Shown: piece after piece, positions 51,449 through 63,882 of the stretch
Position numbering within the stretch: the stretch's first letter is position 1
Layout: each line of letters starts with the position of its first letter
Origin: Somniosus microcephalus
Taxonomy: Eukaryota
DNA length: 64,000 nucleotides
NCBI GenBank assembly: GCA_052327205.1
Contig: CM126225.1
Location: 35,588,001 to 35,652,000, forward strand
Direction: 5' to 3'
The notes under the pieces: generated by a model
Database searches by the model: none
What the model was told of the DNA's origin: nothing
The model's input: the letters and a program-made list of their open reading frames with translations, nothing else
Position numbers and translations under genes: made by a program

Positions 51449-51591
51449 GTTCCACAGGCCAAAACAATAGTCTTTTAGCATCCTTACAGCTGCAAGGAAG
51501 AGCCATGCAGCCAGCTCTCGATATCAAACACTTTCTACCCTTTCGACTAAACACCCCCTCCCCTGTTGGATTGTTTCCCAACTTCAACACA
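51449..51591 (+). CDS. ZNF385C: Internal coding exon of a ZNF385-family zinc-finger RNA-binding protein gene (most like ZNF385C)
   Basis: Strong acceptor (ccttccttctgtgtttctgcag) and donor (aca|gtaagt). 143 bp, phase 1 to 0. Encodes (G)STGQNNSLLASLQLQGRAMQPALDIKHFLPFRLNTPSPVGLFPNFNT, matching the ZNF385 segment before MDPVQKAV. Paralogue assignment is from recall. Confidence 0.85.
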
Positions 51592-52416
51592 GTAAGTGCT
51601 ATTGTACTTTTTCATTTTTAAGCGCTGTAAATTGCGCAGTGCTTAATACTGCATAGAGGAAAAAAATGATTATTTGCTTTTTAATCTGGCGCCTGAAATG
51701 CACGGTAGTCTATAAAGCTTCCGGGTTTAGGGGTGACCACACCTCTACCAACAGATTTAGGTGGTGACGTTGGGAAATCCGTCCCATGCCTGTGGCTCTA
51801 AAACATACTGGATAATATGGACCTAAAACGAGATCACCTGTCAGACAAGAAGAGGTATCTTCATCAGCACTACCTTCAACATGATTTTATAGACCCTAGT
51901 TGATGCTAGCTGCATTTGGCGTCTGGTGTTTTGCAGGCTTGGAATGTTTTCAGAGGATTCATTTGTTTTGGTATAAAGCACTAAAATAAGAGCAGTACAA
52001 ACTCTACCCCAGACTAGGTTTGAAAATTAATCTCAGCTTTGGGACTTGATTTTGATCCTATCATGATGGGATGAAAGTCTTTTCTCTTCATCGGATGCAA
52101 GGGACCCGCCATGAAATAATTTTGAATATATCAGTCCAGTTCCTTTGGGTGATTGACGGCAGAAAATTGGCCACAGATTTGCTCTGAATTGGCAACTTCG
52201 CTGAAAGAGACCATTAAGATGGTTGGTGTCTGAAATGGGTAAATTTGCCTTGATGAAGTTGGAAAGGTCTCCCAAAATTGAGATTAATGAAAATTGTTGC
52301 AGGTGAGCAGCAGCAACAACTAGCCTGTACTATACCTATTCTGGGAATACTTGGTCTTGACATTGTGTCCAAAGTGGGGTAGGTGTACCAATCCCCAGTA
52401 ATAACATCCCTTATTT

Positions 52417-52715
52417 CAAAGGTTTTCAAACTGGGGTCCATTGACCCTAGAGATCTTGTCATTAGATTTCCATTTGACTGTCATCAGATTTATGAATTTC
52501 TCTCTATTTGTTGATGTACCAGCATGTTATTTATGTTGCTGTGTGCTAATGGAAAAAAAATCCTCAATTGACACACCAATTTCCTTTAGACAGCTGACAC
52601 TATCCTCTGGAAGTTTGGATAGGGGTCTCTGGACCTATGTTCATATTTCAGCAGTCCTTAGAAGTACATCAAGATTTGCAGGGGTTCCCCGCACAGTAAA
52701 GTTTGAAAACTACTG
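52417..52715. mobile_element. hAT (Charlie/MER5-like) MITE
   Basis: TIR caaaggttttcaaact / agtttgaaaactactg. Confidence 0.6.
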
Positions 52716-53691
52716 CCCTACCTTAGCATCAAATTCACCAAATAAATCACTTCAATTTCCTCAAGTTATAAATTACTAAATGGTTTCATTGCTAAGGTAA
52801 CTTAGTATATGACAGGATTTACAGTTTGACTAATTGGAGTACAGATTTTAATTGGCAAGTAATTGAGCCATTGATTCTGTAAAGGACAGCCAGCCAGAAT
52901 GTTACACACATTCCACTTGATAAATGGTCACTGTATAGGGATCTGGAGCAAAAACCATGACTAATTTTTCACCTTCCTTAGCCTAGGATAACACTATTAC
53001 CATCGCTGTGGATGTGATCACCTAACTCAGTACAAACCTGGAATAAAACTTAGGACTTTCCTGGTCTGTATAGCTCAGTACCACACCAATATTCCCTGTA
53101 ATTTTTTTTTCGAGCACAGGCCCTTTAACTGGCTGTGCGACCCATTGAAATTTTCGCACATGCGCGGTTATTTCCATTGAAAAGCCGGTGAGCGGCCTGT
53201 GCGGGACCTCCAGACCGCTGCGCAGCCTAGAGGAAACGCTTGCTCCACACTGAGCACTGTCTTTACCAATCAAGCCACCAGGAGAACTCCCGGGGACTTT
53301 TATTTTAACCATTGTTTTCTATAATGGTCTGGCAGCAATCACTTTTTAAAGGTACTTTACAGGATATGAATTCACTTTTCTTTGACTGTCTTGTATTGGG
53401 TACACTCCTGCTTCCTGCCAGTCTGCTGGATGCACAGCTAGCTTTCTAGAAGACACACAGAAAAGTTTGAAAACTACTTCCCTAACTTGATGAGCATAAA
53501 AGCAACCAAAGAAATCACTTCCTTTCCCTCAAGTTATAAATCACTAAATGTTTCCATTGTCAAGGTAACCTGCTATACTACAGGATTTACAGTTTGACCA
53601 ATTGGAGTATAGATTTTAATTGGCAAGTAATTAAGCCATTGATTCTGTAAAGGCCAGGCAGCACTTTACACACATTCCACTTGATAAGTGG
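52698..53691 (+). repeat. Diverged local direct duplication, about 230 bp (52698-52927 and 53462-53691)
   Basis: Collinear blocks from aaagtttgaaaactac to acacacattccacttgataa. Confidence 0.9.
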
Positions 53692-54587
53692 ATATGTAGC
53701 CATCTTCTCCGGTATGCCTCCAACATCCTGGAAGTTTTGTTACTACGTGGCCAGATTCCTGGTGGTGCATACCCAAACAGTTTATGGGAATATGGAGGGT
53801 ACATGGCCATCTTCCTGGTAGTCTGGTTAGCATGTAAGCTTCCATGCAGCCTGATGCATGTGATCCAACTTTCTAGCTTCCTGATTAGTAAATGCCCCGA
53901 CGTGTATGCAACTGATAGCTAGTGGCCTCGAGTAGGGAGAGTTGCATCCATTTTTCTTGGTGAGTCTGTGCATCATGGTGGTCTAGATGTGGAGATGTAT
54001 CCTCGCCCCTGGTGATATAGAGGAGTGTGAGTTTTCATTCCTGAGTGGGAAAGGGATGCATCCAATTCCTAGCAGTCTGGATGGGGATATGGTTGTTCTC
54101 CCCAGCAAATTGGATGTGGTCGACATTTATATCAATCCTTATCCTTGATAGACACATGCACTTGCTGCAATGCAATGTAAATGATCTAAGTGCTGTTTTG
54201 TGTGGCATTGACACATTACTGTGCAAGATCCTGGATGCACATTTAATCAGGAGCTAGATTCAGGAACACATCTGCCATTAATTCTTTCATCACAAACAAT
54301 TCTCATTTTGTCTGTGACCTTGTGCTGAAAAAAATCTCCTGTATCTCTTATTCATTACCATGCTATTGCTTTTTCTGATAGTTGTAGTTTGATTAGTGAT
54401 AATAGAAGAATTATGTAAGATGGAGATCGAATAATGAGACTGTAATTTTAATTGAAAGGTTCAGATGACATGAGTAAGACAAGGAACTTGGTGCAGTTAG
54501 ACAACCCATGAGAAGTCAGTTGCTATTTGTAGCACCATTTGCTGCCCAAGTAGCACAATTTAGTTCTAGAGGCAATAAAAATAGCAG

Positions 54588-55173
54588 GCCCCGATATTGA
54601 CGGGCAGGTTTTCTGAGTGGAGGGCGGAGTTTTGGATGCTGTGGAATTTTGATTCCACAGTGATTGTATTTCTTTTTGACAGGATCCCCTAACTGAGAGG
54701 CTTGGCTCCCAGTCAAGCAGGGAGTGCTCCGGAGCAGGCTGCAGCTGCTAGTAGGGGCGGGGGGGGGGGAAGGTCTGATCCCGGAGGGGGCTGTGGGGGG
54801 GACCGCTCCCAGGGAAGCAAGTAAGCTTGGGGGGACCAGGAGGAAGCACTCCTGCTCCTCCTGGCTCACAAGTAATGCCATAAGGGCACTTACCTTTTCC
54901 CTGAAGCTGTCCTCGCCTCCTTTGAGCTGCCGGGTTTCCCGAGGCCTGGGAAACCCAGCCAGCCAGGGTTAAACCTGTAAGGGAAGTTAAATGTGAGGCT
55001 TCCAGCCTTATTATAATATTGAAATGGCCAACCCGCCTCCTGTGAACGGGTTGGCTGCCCGCCTCCATTAAACCTGGAAGTGGGTGGGTTGGGGTCGAGT
55101 TTGAAATGTTTAAAAAAATTTAAATCTCATCCGACCCCAACCCACCCTTTTTTGGAGGTTAAAATTCACCCCC
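54588..55173. mobile_element. Harbinger-type MITE
   Basis: Degenerate TIR (g)gccccgatattgac / gttaaaattcacccc. Possible TSD CAG. Internal similarity to 24055 and 50414. Confidence 0.65.
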
Positions 55174-55374
55174 CAGTTGCTGAATGATGACCAGTCATTT
55201 GCCACAACAAATAATTTGCCCTCATGAACCATAAGGGTGAAACTTTAGTAGTTTATCTAGGTCATCAAGTTTGATTAAACTAGCAGTGGGTGGACCAGAG
55301 TGAAGCAGGAGGCCTAGCGACAAAAGAGCATGGGCCAGGCAGAGTTAGGAGTGAGCCAAAAGTAAAAGAAAACA

Positions 55375-56050
55375 GGGGGAAAATTCAGTTGATTGCGCCT
55401 CCCGTTAGCGCCTTAAGAGGGCGCCAATTGGGCGCAAAGCAACCAGAGGCCGGGCGTGGCGATGTTTGTGCCGCTCGCAAAATTAACTAGATGTTTTGCG
55501 GTGACTCTAAACACTGCCGCCACGATCTCCTGCGCCGGCAGATTGTGACGTCAGTCGAGTGCGCAACGCCCCGTTAGCGCCCCGGACCGGATATTGAGTG
55601 GCGCCCCCTGCCTTACCGCCTGCCGCTAGCAACGACAGGTTGAGGGGAGCGTTATGCAGTCAGAAAGGGACTCGGGGAGCGCTATCTAAAGGCGACCGCT
55701 TCCTGCCTTTTTTTGTCGGTGACATTTTTGCACCATGCATTCTGAGAGAGAGAGAGAGAGACTTCTGGAGAGATTCAATGCTGTATGAAGGAGTTTTGAG
55801 TACTGAGCAGCACTTTACAGGTTTATTTTGATTTGCCCTTCCTTGCTTTGCCAGCGCTCTGAGGTAGCGCCTCACTCCTCGGCCTTTGCGCCTTAAGACA
55901 GGTGTGAAGCGCCTGATTTAGCGCTCCAATCACCTCCAGGGGCGATAAAAGCCAAGTTTGCTGTCAGAGGCGATAATTAGCGGCAGGTGCTAAACTTTGC
56001 GCACAGCCAATAACGGCGCCCCAAATGGGGCGATACCGAATTTTTCCCCC
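55375..56050 (+). mobile_element. Harbinger-type MITE, family M2 copy 2
   Basis: TIR gggggaaaattc / gaatttttccccc. aac(a) on both flanks. Lacks about 220 bp present in 10918-11815. Confidence 0.88.
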
Positions 56051-57906
56051 AACATCTCTTGGGCTGGACACCCAAGAAGACTACAAAGAGCACAATTTTT
56101 TAAAAAAGATTACAGAGATGGTCAGGGTGGGAGTTTTTTTTTACGTAGCCATAGTTGAAGTGGCCAGAGGCAGGTGGGCAGGTGCTGAAAAGTGGCAGCG
56201 GGAGACCTTGAAGAAAAAATAAATAGAATCACTTTAAAAATCATCCAAAAATTAACATAACGTATAATTTAAAGATAAAACTTGCCTGAAGAACATACCT
56301 AAAGAGAAACCAAGATGGAGGATAGAGCTCCTGAAAATTTCCAGAAGGACAATAGTAGTATTGAAAAAAAAAAGGAAAGATGAGAAAGATTGTGTGAGAT
56401 GGTTGTGATGTCATCACTTTAGCCTCATCGTACAATTCACAGTTATGGTAAGGGAATTATTCTGCAGATTTATAGAGGAATTAAAAGACCAGCTAGCCAA
56501 TAATGAAAAACATAGGCTTGTGTACCATGCAAATAATTGGTTTGCCAAGTGACAAAAAGCAAATTAGTGGAGTAGTGATTGGAATAGTAATAGTCCCAAT
56601 ACAGCTTTGAGTTCATTATTGTCACTATATCACCTTGACAGGTTATATCAGTGTTGAGGCTGAATATTTATGCTGAGCTTGCTTGCATGGTTGGTTCTAA
56701 CTAACTAACAGCTAATTAAAAATGTAATTCAAGCATCTGAGAAATCATATTGGGGCTTTACAATCCTTTAGCCACTCATGGTTTTGCTGTTGTACCACCA
56801 GTGATCTAATTTTTATTATAAAATAAAAGTATTAATAGAAATTAAAAAATTGAGAGAGTGAGCTTTATCTCATTGCCACCGCAAGGTAGCATAAGGTGGT
56901 GCTGGTTTCCATTTCTTTTGCTGACAGCCAGGCGTGTCTAAGGGCAGTCAGTATGACGGTGTGGCCAGCACTGCACAGCCTCTGCAGTCTTGCATTCTTC
57001 TTCCACATCCCAGATATCGCACGCATTTTATCCATTGTGGGGAAGGATGAAAGACTGAGTAAACCTGGCTGCTGTTCAAGTCCCGAGTTCACAGCCAATT
57101 GGGCAGCCGGGCACGGCGTAAACATTGAGCACTTGAAAATAACGTAAGGAACTATGGTTAAAAAACCATCAAATTTCATATACTGTGAAAAATACTGTCA
57201 AATGTCCAGAAAAAGAATGTTAGCAACCATTTCTAGAAGCCTTTTTAAAGAATCTTTCCCCTGTCGTTTATCAGATGAGTCCTTAAACTGTGGCCCCACC
57301 TGTCTGTTCAGGTGGGCATAAACGATGCCGTGGCACTATTCAAAGAAGAGCAGGAAAGGAAGACTTGCATTTATATAATGGCCGCGATATTGCCGGCGCT
57401 CAGAGGGCAGGTTTGGAGTCGGGTCAGGTGGTAAAATTGCAAATAATGACAGCGGGTTCCGATCCCGTCGTCAACCCGCCTCCGTCCAGCTTTGCCGAAG
57501 GCAGGCTCCCAGACTCCCGATCGGTCCCGCCACCAAGCGGCGGGATAGGCCCTTAAGACAGTTAACTGCTTGTTAACTGCCTGGATAATGCTATTTTGAC
57601 AGCCCTTTTAGATTTTGCCAGTTTTTCTGCGTGTTCCACGCCGTTCCCAAACCATGCCAACTGATTGTGTTGGGTTCACAAGCGGCTGCCTGCTTGACAG
57701 CTGAAGCTCCAGCATAAAAACGGAGCTCTCAACAAGGATCAGTTACAGGTGGCAGAACTTTGTTTTTTCAGGTCTTGGAAAATTTTTTGCAGGTCTACTG
57801 ATCTTGGAAGTGGTGAAGCTGAGATCCATCTCCACTGTGACTTCCTGGGAAAACCCTCTCCCCACATTGACTGAGTGCTTCCTCAACTGAGATATCTACC
57901 AGCAGC

Positions 57907-59420
57907 ATGGGAACCATTTATTTCCTTTCATCCTGGTCCTCAGATTTGGAGGAAGAGCAGCTGCGGCAGCAGCAGAACCAGGAACAACCTCCTGCTCACC
58001 CACCTGATGCTGCACAGGGCAGAAGGCGTCAGCGCAGGAATGCACGTCGCCGCAGGTGATACCCCCAACACAGGGTTTACAGGCCAAGGATGATCTTCCT
58101 CAACATGACTGAGCAGCAGTGCCAAAGGAGGTTGAGACTTTCGCGAGAGGTAGTCGCTGACATCTGCGCAATTCTGCACCAACACCTGGAGCCCAGAGGA
58201 ACGTGTGGACACTCCTTACCAGTGGCTGTCAAAGTCACCACCGCCCTCAATTTTTTTGCTTCAGGGTCCTTCCAGGGCTCATCAGCAGACATCAGCGGCA
58301 TCTCCCAGTCAGCTGCACACACTTGCATCATGCAGGTTATCGATGCCCTCTTTGCAAAGGCGCACTTTTTTCCTTTTAATTTTTTCCACCCCTTTGTTTT
58401 GGGTCCTCCTTCCCCCCCCCACCCCCACCCCCCCCCCCTCCTTTCCTTTTGTTTCTCTCTCTCACCTGGCAGCTGTCCTTATCCTGCCAGTACACTTCAC
58501 ACCTAATCTCAGCTGCCTTTTGTCTCCACGGGCCCATTACCATCTCATCTGGCTTCTAATACCTTTTATTGTCTCCTTTTCTTCTTTTGTTCGATCGCAG
58601 CTTTGCCTTCGATCTTTTTATTTTCTTTCCAGTTTTGAAGAAGGGTTTCAACCCGAAATGTCAACTCAAATTTCTCTCCACGGATGTTGCCTGACCTGCT
58701 GAGTTTTTCCAGCATTCTCTGTTGTTATTTCGCACAATTACATCTACTTCTCAACAGATCAAGCAAGTGTAACCACGCGTGCGGTTGGCTTTGCAAATAT
58801 AGCAGGCTTGCCAAGGGTGCAGGGCATCGTAGACTGCACACATGTGGCTCTTAGGGCACCCCATCACAACCCAGCTGTTTTTGTCAACCACAAGGGCTTC
58901 CACTCCCTTAACGTGCCACTGGTGTGTACCCTGGCAGTTGTCATGACTCGTTCATCCTGTGGCAGTCTAGTGTGCCTCCGCTCTTCAATCTGCCAATCCA
59001 ACTTTCCAGATGGCTACTTGGAGACAAGGGCTGAAGATGTGGCTGATGGCGCCATTGAGGAGGCCATCAAATGAAGCTGAGGAGCACTACAATGCCAGCC
59101 ACATTTCAACCAGATCCATCATCGAGTAAACCATTGGCTTGCTGAAGATGCGATTCAGATGCCTTGACAGATCAGGTGGAGCCCTACAGTATTTAGCAGC
59201 CAGGGTCTCCAGAATCATCGTGGTCTGCTGTGCACTACACAACATCGCACAGCTGCATGACGAACAAATGGCTCAACGCATAACCTCCTCAGATGAGGAG
59301 GAGGAGGATGAGGATGAGGAAGAAGACCTTGCGGAGGCGGATCAGCCAGCTGCAGCAGCACGCGAGCACATTGCTGCCCGGGATGCAAGGGATGCACTAA
59401 TATTTGCCAGATTCGCTTAG
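57907..59420 (+). pseudogene. Harbinger DDE transposase (HARBI1-like)
   Basis: [54 protein letters not shown]. Frameshifts and a Penelope insertion. Confidence 0.93.
58366..58731 (+). mobile_element. Penelope-like fragment with a minimal hammerhead motif (58631-58666)
   Basis: Pyrimidine-rich tract plus pLTR. CGCAC duplicated at the flanks. The transposase rejoins (AKAH|NYIYF). Confidence 0.75.
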
Positions 59421-59679
59421 GTAGACTAATCAAACACATGTGGCTGGCACCTTCTTATCACACCATACACAATGAACAAGAAGCTGTGGGTTCCTCTCAC
59501 TCTGACCACCATCATTAGAAATGCAAGTCGCCCTGAGCCCTCAATGTGCAACTTCCATTTCCCAGATCACATAGGCCAGAACTTCAACTGTTTGCCATCA
59601 CTTCTGTTTAATCCATTCACAAAAGGATGACAATGGCAAAATTTATACACAACAGAACACCCAAGTGACTACACTTGTG

Positions 59680-61332
59680 ACTAATTGTGCTTTATCTTCC
59701 TCTTACGCGTGCTTCTACATGGTGCTTCCCCTGTGGCTTCAGCTCACTTTCATGTTGCTCCTGCTTCGACATCTTTGGCGGACGCCCTCTGGGTTTGCAA
59801 GCCTGTGAGGGCTCGGCAGCAGTCTGCTCCTCCTCCGGAGATGTCAGTCTATTCTGCAAGTTCACCGTGTTTTCCAGACTCTGGTGACTTATTCCCTCCA
59901 AGGCCATAGCCATCCTCTCCTCTACCCTAGCCATCCTTTCCAGAGAGGTAACCATCCTTACCACGGAGGTTGCCATCCTTTCCATGGTGGTGCGTTCATG
60001 CGCCTTTGCCTGCACAAAGGCACTGCTCATGTTAAGAGATGGACTCCTCCTTCCTCTCCACACTCGCAGTAACCCCGGAGACAAAACTTGCCAGAGACTC
60101 CTGCACTTGTTCCTGGAGTTCCAGCACCACTCTCTTTCTGGATGGACCCAGAGGCACAGGGTCAACATGCAGATGAGCCGAGCTGGAAGCACCCTGCTGC
60201 CTCCGACGAGGCCTCTCCATTGCTGTCCCTGTCTCCACCATCTTCTGATGCTCACTTGTGAGCTGTGATACACCAGGTGACAACACTACTCTATCTCGCG
60301 AAGGTCCCACCGAGGTGTGCGTTTCTGCGCTGGTGCTGGGTGCACTTAATTCTGCTGAAGCTGCACCCTCAGAGGTTGCAGGTTCATCTGAGGAGTCTTC
60401 CAGCTCAGGCTCATCCTCCTGGACAGTGGGGAGGGGGGCTGTCAATGGTCCTGTGGGGGAGTAAAGGCATGAGTTACACATGTGGTATTAATGTAGCGTG
60501 TACATGGAATAGTGCAGATCATCATAAGTCAATCTGTTTGGGCATCAGATGCCATATCAGTCACTCATGCAATGTAAAAGAGAGATGCAAATCTATTCTG
60601 TCACCAGCTTGCTCTGCTACGCCCGTCTGACCGTCCCCCACTTCCAGATCATCACCTCCAGTTATTTCCAGGGCCGCCTCCTCAGCATTGGTGAGATGGG
60701 CTATGGAAGGTGGCCCTCCTCCTGTCATAGCCCTCTCCCTCTTATTGTGGGCTCTCTTTTCCTGCAATGAGGGACATAAGTGGAGTTTGAGTGAGAATGA
60801 TGGAGTGAGTGTAGAGAATCCATAGCATAGATGTTTAGAAGGAGACAAAGATGGAGTGAGGTGCCAAGACCAAGGGCCCTCCCTGTGCGTTGTTAGTTGT
60901 CATAGCATAACAGTGATAGCGAGTGTGAGGGCAACATAGTCGAATAGTGAAGTGATTGTGTACATAGAGAGAGAGGGATGGTTAAGGGTGTAAGGGTAAA
61001 GTGGGATGTGCAGGAGTAGGTTGACAATGCAGAGTGCTGGTGATGAGACGAGAAGGGCAGCAGATTGAGGCCAAGTGTGATGTTATATTCACTTTTCCTG
61101 AGCGGGCCAGGTCATTGAACCTTTTTCTGCACTGTATCCAGGTTCGAGTGCACATGGATCTGGAGCTCACCTCCTGTGCAATTTGCAGCCAGGCTGTTTT
61201 TGTTTACTGTGGTGGCTTCTTCCTCCCAGAGGATGGGAACAGGACCTTCTTGCAACCTCTGACTCCCTCCACAAGAGCATGGAGGGAGGCATCATCAAAT
61301 CGGGGAGAGACCTTGGCCCTTGAGGCAGTCAT
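59680..61332 (-). pseudogene. Harbinger Myb/SANT-like gene, 3 exons (61332-61093, 60761-60605, 60450-about 59680)
   Basis: PRFDDASLHALVEGV...WLQIAQEV...RTWIQCRKRFNDL. Same intron positions as element A. In-frame TAA near 61205. Confidence 0.88.
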
Positions 61333-61564
61333 GTCAGCAGTTGTCAGTATGAAATCCAGCAGCAAAAAATGAGAGCATGAACCAAGGCTGCATGGACCCC
61401 TTAAATGCAGCTGACTAACAGACGTCAGCAGAGGCGAGTTACAGACTCAAAAGACTAATTGGCAAAATCGCAAATTTTTACCGGCTGAAAGCGGCACGGG
61501 ACCGGAACCCGCCGACCACTTGACCCACACCCAACCCGCCACCAATGGGAAAATCGCGGCCAAT

Positions 61565-62233
61565 GGCCTAGAAATTCGGTGGGCTGCGCCACCAGTTAGC
61601 ACCCAAAGAGTGCACTTAGTGGGTTTAGCGCCACTGGCCACGCCTCCCGTGAAATTTAGCGGGGCGCTAACGGCGGCATTAGCCTGTAGCACTGCGCCGC
61701 CACCGATGACGTCATCAGTGTGCGCAGCGCCCCGCTACCGCCCCGATAGCGATATTTGGTCGCACCCCCCGCTGTAACGCCAGTCGCAATTTGCGACCGG
61801 TTCGGGGGGCCTACCTGCGGCGGTAATGGTGCTCATTAAAGGGGAGGTGCAGGGCGGCCATTTTTTTTGCTGGCCGCCTGCCAGCACCTCCTCGCGCCAC
61901 CGTCCCCGGCCTCCTGAGACCCCCCCCCCGGGCAGTGCCAGCTGTGTCCCAAGAGCCCGGCACTTCTCCTCGGTGCCAGGCTCTTTTGCCGGCACTCGCG
62001 ATCTCTGATCGCGCTGGTGCAGGCCCCTCCCCTTTAAGAAGGGGAGGAAGGCCTGCAGTACCGCAGCGCGCCATGCCGCAGGGTGTGGCGCTGCGGGACG
62101 TTGCGCTGCAATATTCAGTTGCAGCGCCCCGCTTCCGTTTGGGGCGCTGAAACTGAATATTGGGCTGGAGCAAGTGATTCCGTCCGGAGTGGTAATTTCG
62201 GCGCCCAGGTGGGCGCCACCGAATTTCTAGGCC
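61565..62233 (+). mobile_element. Harbinger-type MITE, family M3 copy 2, abutting element B
   Basis: TIR ggcctagaaattcggtgg / ccaccgaatttctaggcc. TSD AAT shared with element B. Confidence 0.92.
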
Positions 62234-62650
62234 AATGTCTTTCATGACCTCAACACTTTACAGCCAATGAAGTATTTTTGAAGTATAGGCACTGTTGTAG
62301 GAAACACGGCAGTCAATTTGAGTACAGCAAGGTCCTACAAACAGCAATGTAATAATGACCAGATAATATGTTTTTGTGATGTTGGTTGAGAAAAAAGTAC
62401 TGGCTAGTACATCTGGGAGAGCTCCCCTGCTCTTCTACGAAATAATGCCATGGTTTCTTTTATGTCCACTTGAGAGGGCAGATGGAACTTCTAGTTAACA
62501 TCTCAGAATCTCCGACAGTGCAGCACTCCCTCTGTACTGCACTGAAATGCTAGCCTAGACTTTGTGCTCAAGTCTCTGAAGCGGGACTTGAACCAACAGC
62601 CTTCCGCTCAGAGGGAGGAGTAGCTGCCCATTGAGCCACTGCTGACAACT
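62234..62650 (-). mobile_element. tRNA-derived Deu-domain SINE (SacSINE1-like); its tail is displaced to 57355-57379
   Basis: Minus-strand A box TGGCTCAATGG and B box GGTTCAAGTCC near 62640-62583. Body matches 6690-6920. Confidence 0.75.
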
Positions 62651-62854
62651 AGAATATTCTCCCTGTGTCCAGGCCAACATTCTTCCTGCAACCAACACAA
62701 CCGAACAACAGATTATCTGATCATTCAGCTAACTTACTGTTGGATTTTGCTGGGCAGAAATGGGCTATCACATACGCCTACATAGCAATATTGACTACGT
62801 TTCAAAAATAATTAATTGGCTGTGAAATAGTTTGTGACATCCTGAGGACATAAT

Positions 62855-63687
62855 GGGCTCGATTTTCCAAGCCCCGAGGAGGCGGGTTTGGAGGCGGGAG
62901 TGGTGGGAAAATTGCAAAATCGGGGGGCAGGAACCCATCCCGCCCCCCCAACCTGCCTCCATGCCAATGTCCCAGGAGGCGGGGACCCGACCTGTGCTGG
63001 GAGCCGCCTCCCCGAGACGGGAAGGGGATTAGTGCCAATTAACTGCCTGTTAACAGGTAGTTAACAAGCAGTTTTCTGCCTAATCCCTATTTTTAAGCCC
63101 TGAAGTGTGGGCTTCCCGACAGCTCCGAACCACGCCAAGTTAGCGAGGCAGACCGTGGGTCTGAAGGGGTTGGAGGGGTCGAGATGTCCGTTGTGCAGGT
63201 GAGTGATGGGTGCATGTGTGCAGAGGTAAGTGTGTGAGGTAAGTGTAAAGTGTTTAATAAGTTTCACTTACCTTTACTTTCTCCTGCAGGCTTCCTTGCT
63301 TCAGTTCTCGGGAGTCCCTCAGCTCACCGGCACAGAAAGCAGAATGGCCGCTGAACTGTCAAAAGCTGCAGCCTCTGCTTTCTGGTCTGGAGAGATCTCT
63401 AACTGAGTCTGAGTAGAAGGACTCAAGTTAGAAGACAGATTGTCAGCGTTGCAGCTTCACAGAGCTGTCCAACGCTGATTTTTCATCTGTCAAAAGCTCT
63501 TGACAGATGAAATGTCAATCGCTGACATCACCAGTAACCAGGTGTCCCTTAATTTGCCTGCTGAGCCCGCTGGGTGGTCACTCAAGGGAAAATAGTGTGA
63601 GTTGGCCACAAGTCAATGGAGGCGGGACTACAACCCAAAAAGTGGGAGTCCCGCCTCCAAAAGCTCCCCATTGACAAAATCCAGCCC
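62855..63687 (-). mobile_element. Harbinger-type MITE, family M1 copy 4
   Basis: TIR gggctcgatttt / aaaatccagccc. Collinear with 29039-29873. Confidence 0.9.
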
Positions 63688-63882
63688 ATATAAGTCACTA
63701 TATAATTGCAGGATGGCTTTTAAAAAAAATAATTTTATGATTCTCAAGGCAGGAGATTTGAGTGCTGAAGAATACAACATTTTCTCACTTTGGTATCGAG
63801 TGTCAGCATGAAGCATATTTATGACAGTTTCAGAAAGAGCTAAATTAAGGGTACATCTCCCTCTGTATTACTGTGACAGTAT

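Larger units (their letters stand above)
57380..61561 (+). mobile_element. PIF/Harbinger transposon B, full two-gene structure, decayed
   Basis: TIR ggccgcgatattgcc / gggaaaatcgcggcc. TSD AAT. Transposase on +, Myb gene on -, convergent. Confidence 0.93.
57255..63710 (+). mobile_element. Outer Deu-domain SINE, in three pieces (57255-57354, 62651-62854, 63688-63710)
   Basis: The pieces join into a sequence collinear with 19980-20270. Confidence 0.6.

Noticed and set aside
53700-54280. Possible old LINE fragment on the minus strand
   Set aside because: Too degraded to assign by eye.
57907-59420. Domesticated HARBI1/NAIF1 host genes
   Set aside because: The genes are flanked by TIRs and a TSD and are disrupted by stops, frameshifts and an insertion.
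62575-62645. tRNA gene
   Set aside because: It has A and B boxes only and continues into a SINE body and tail.
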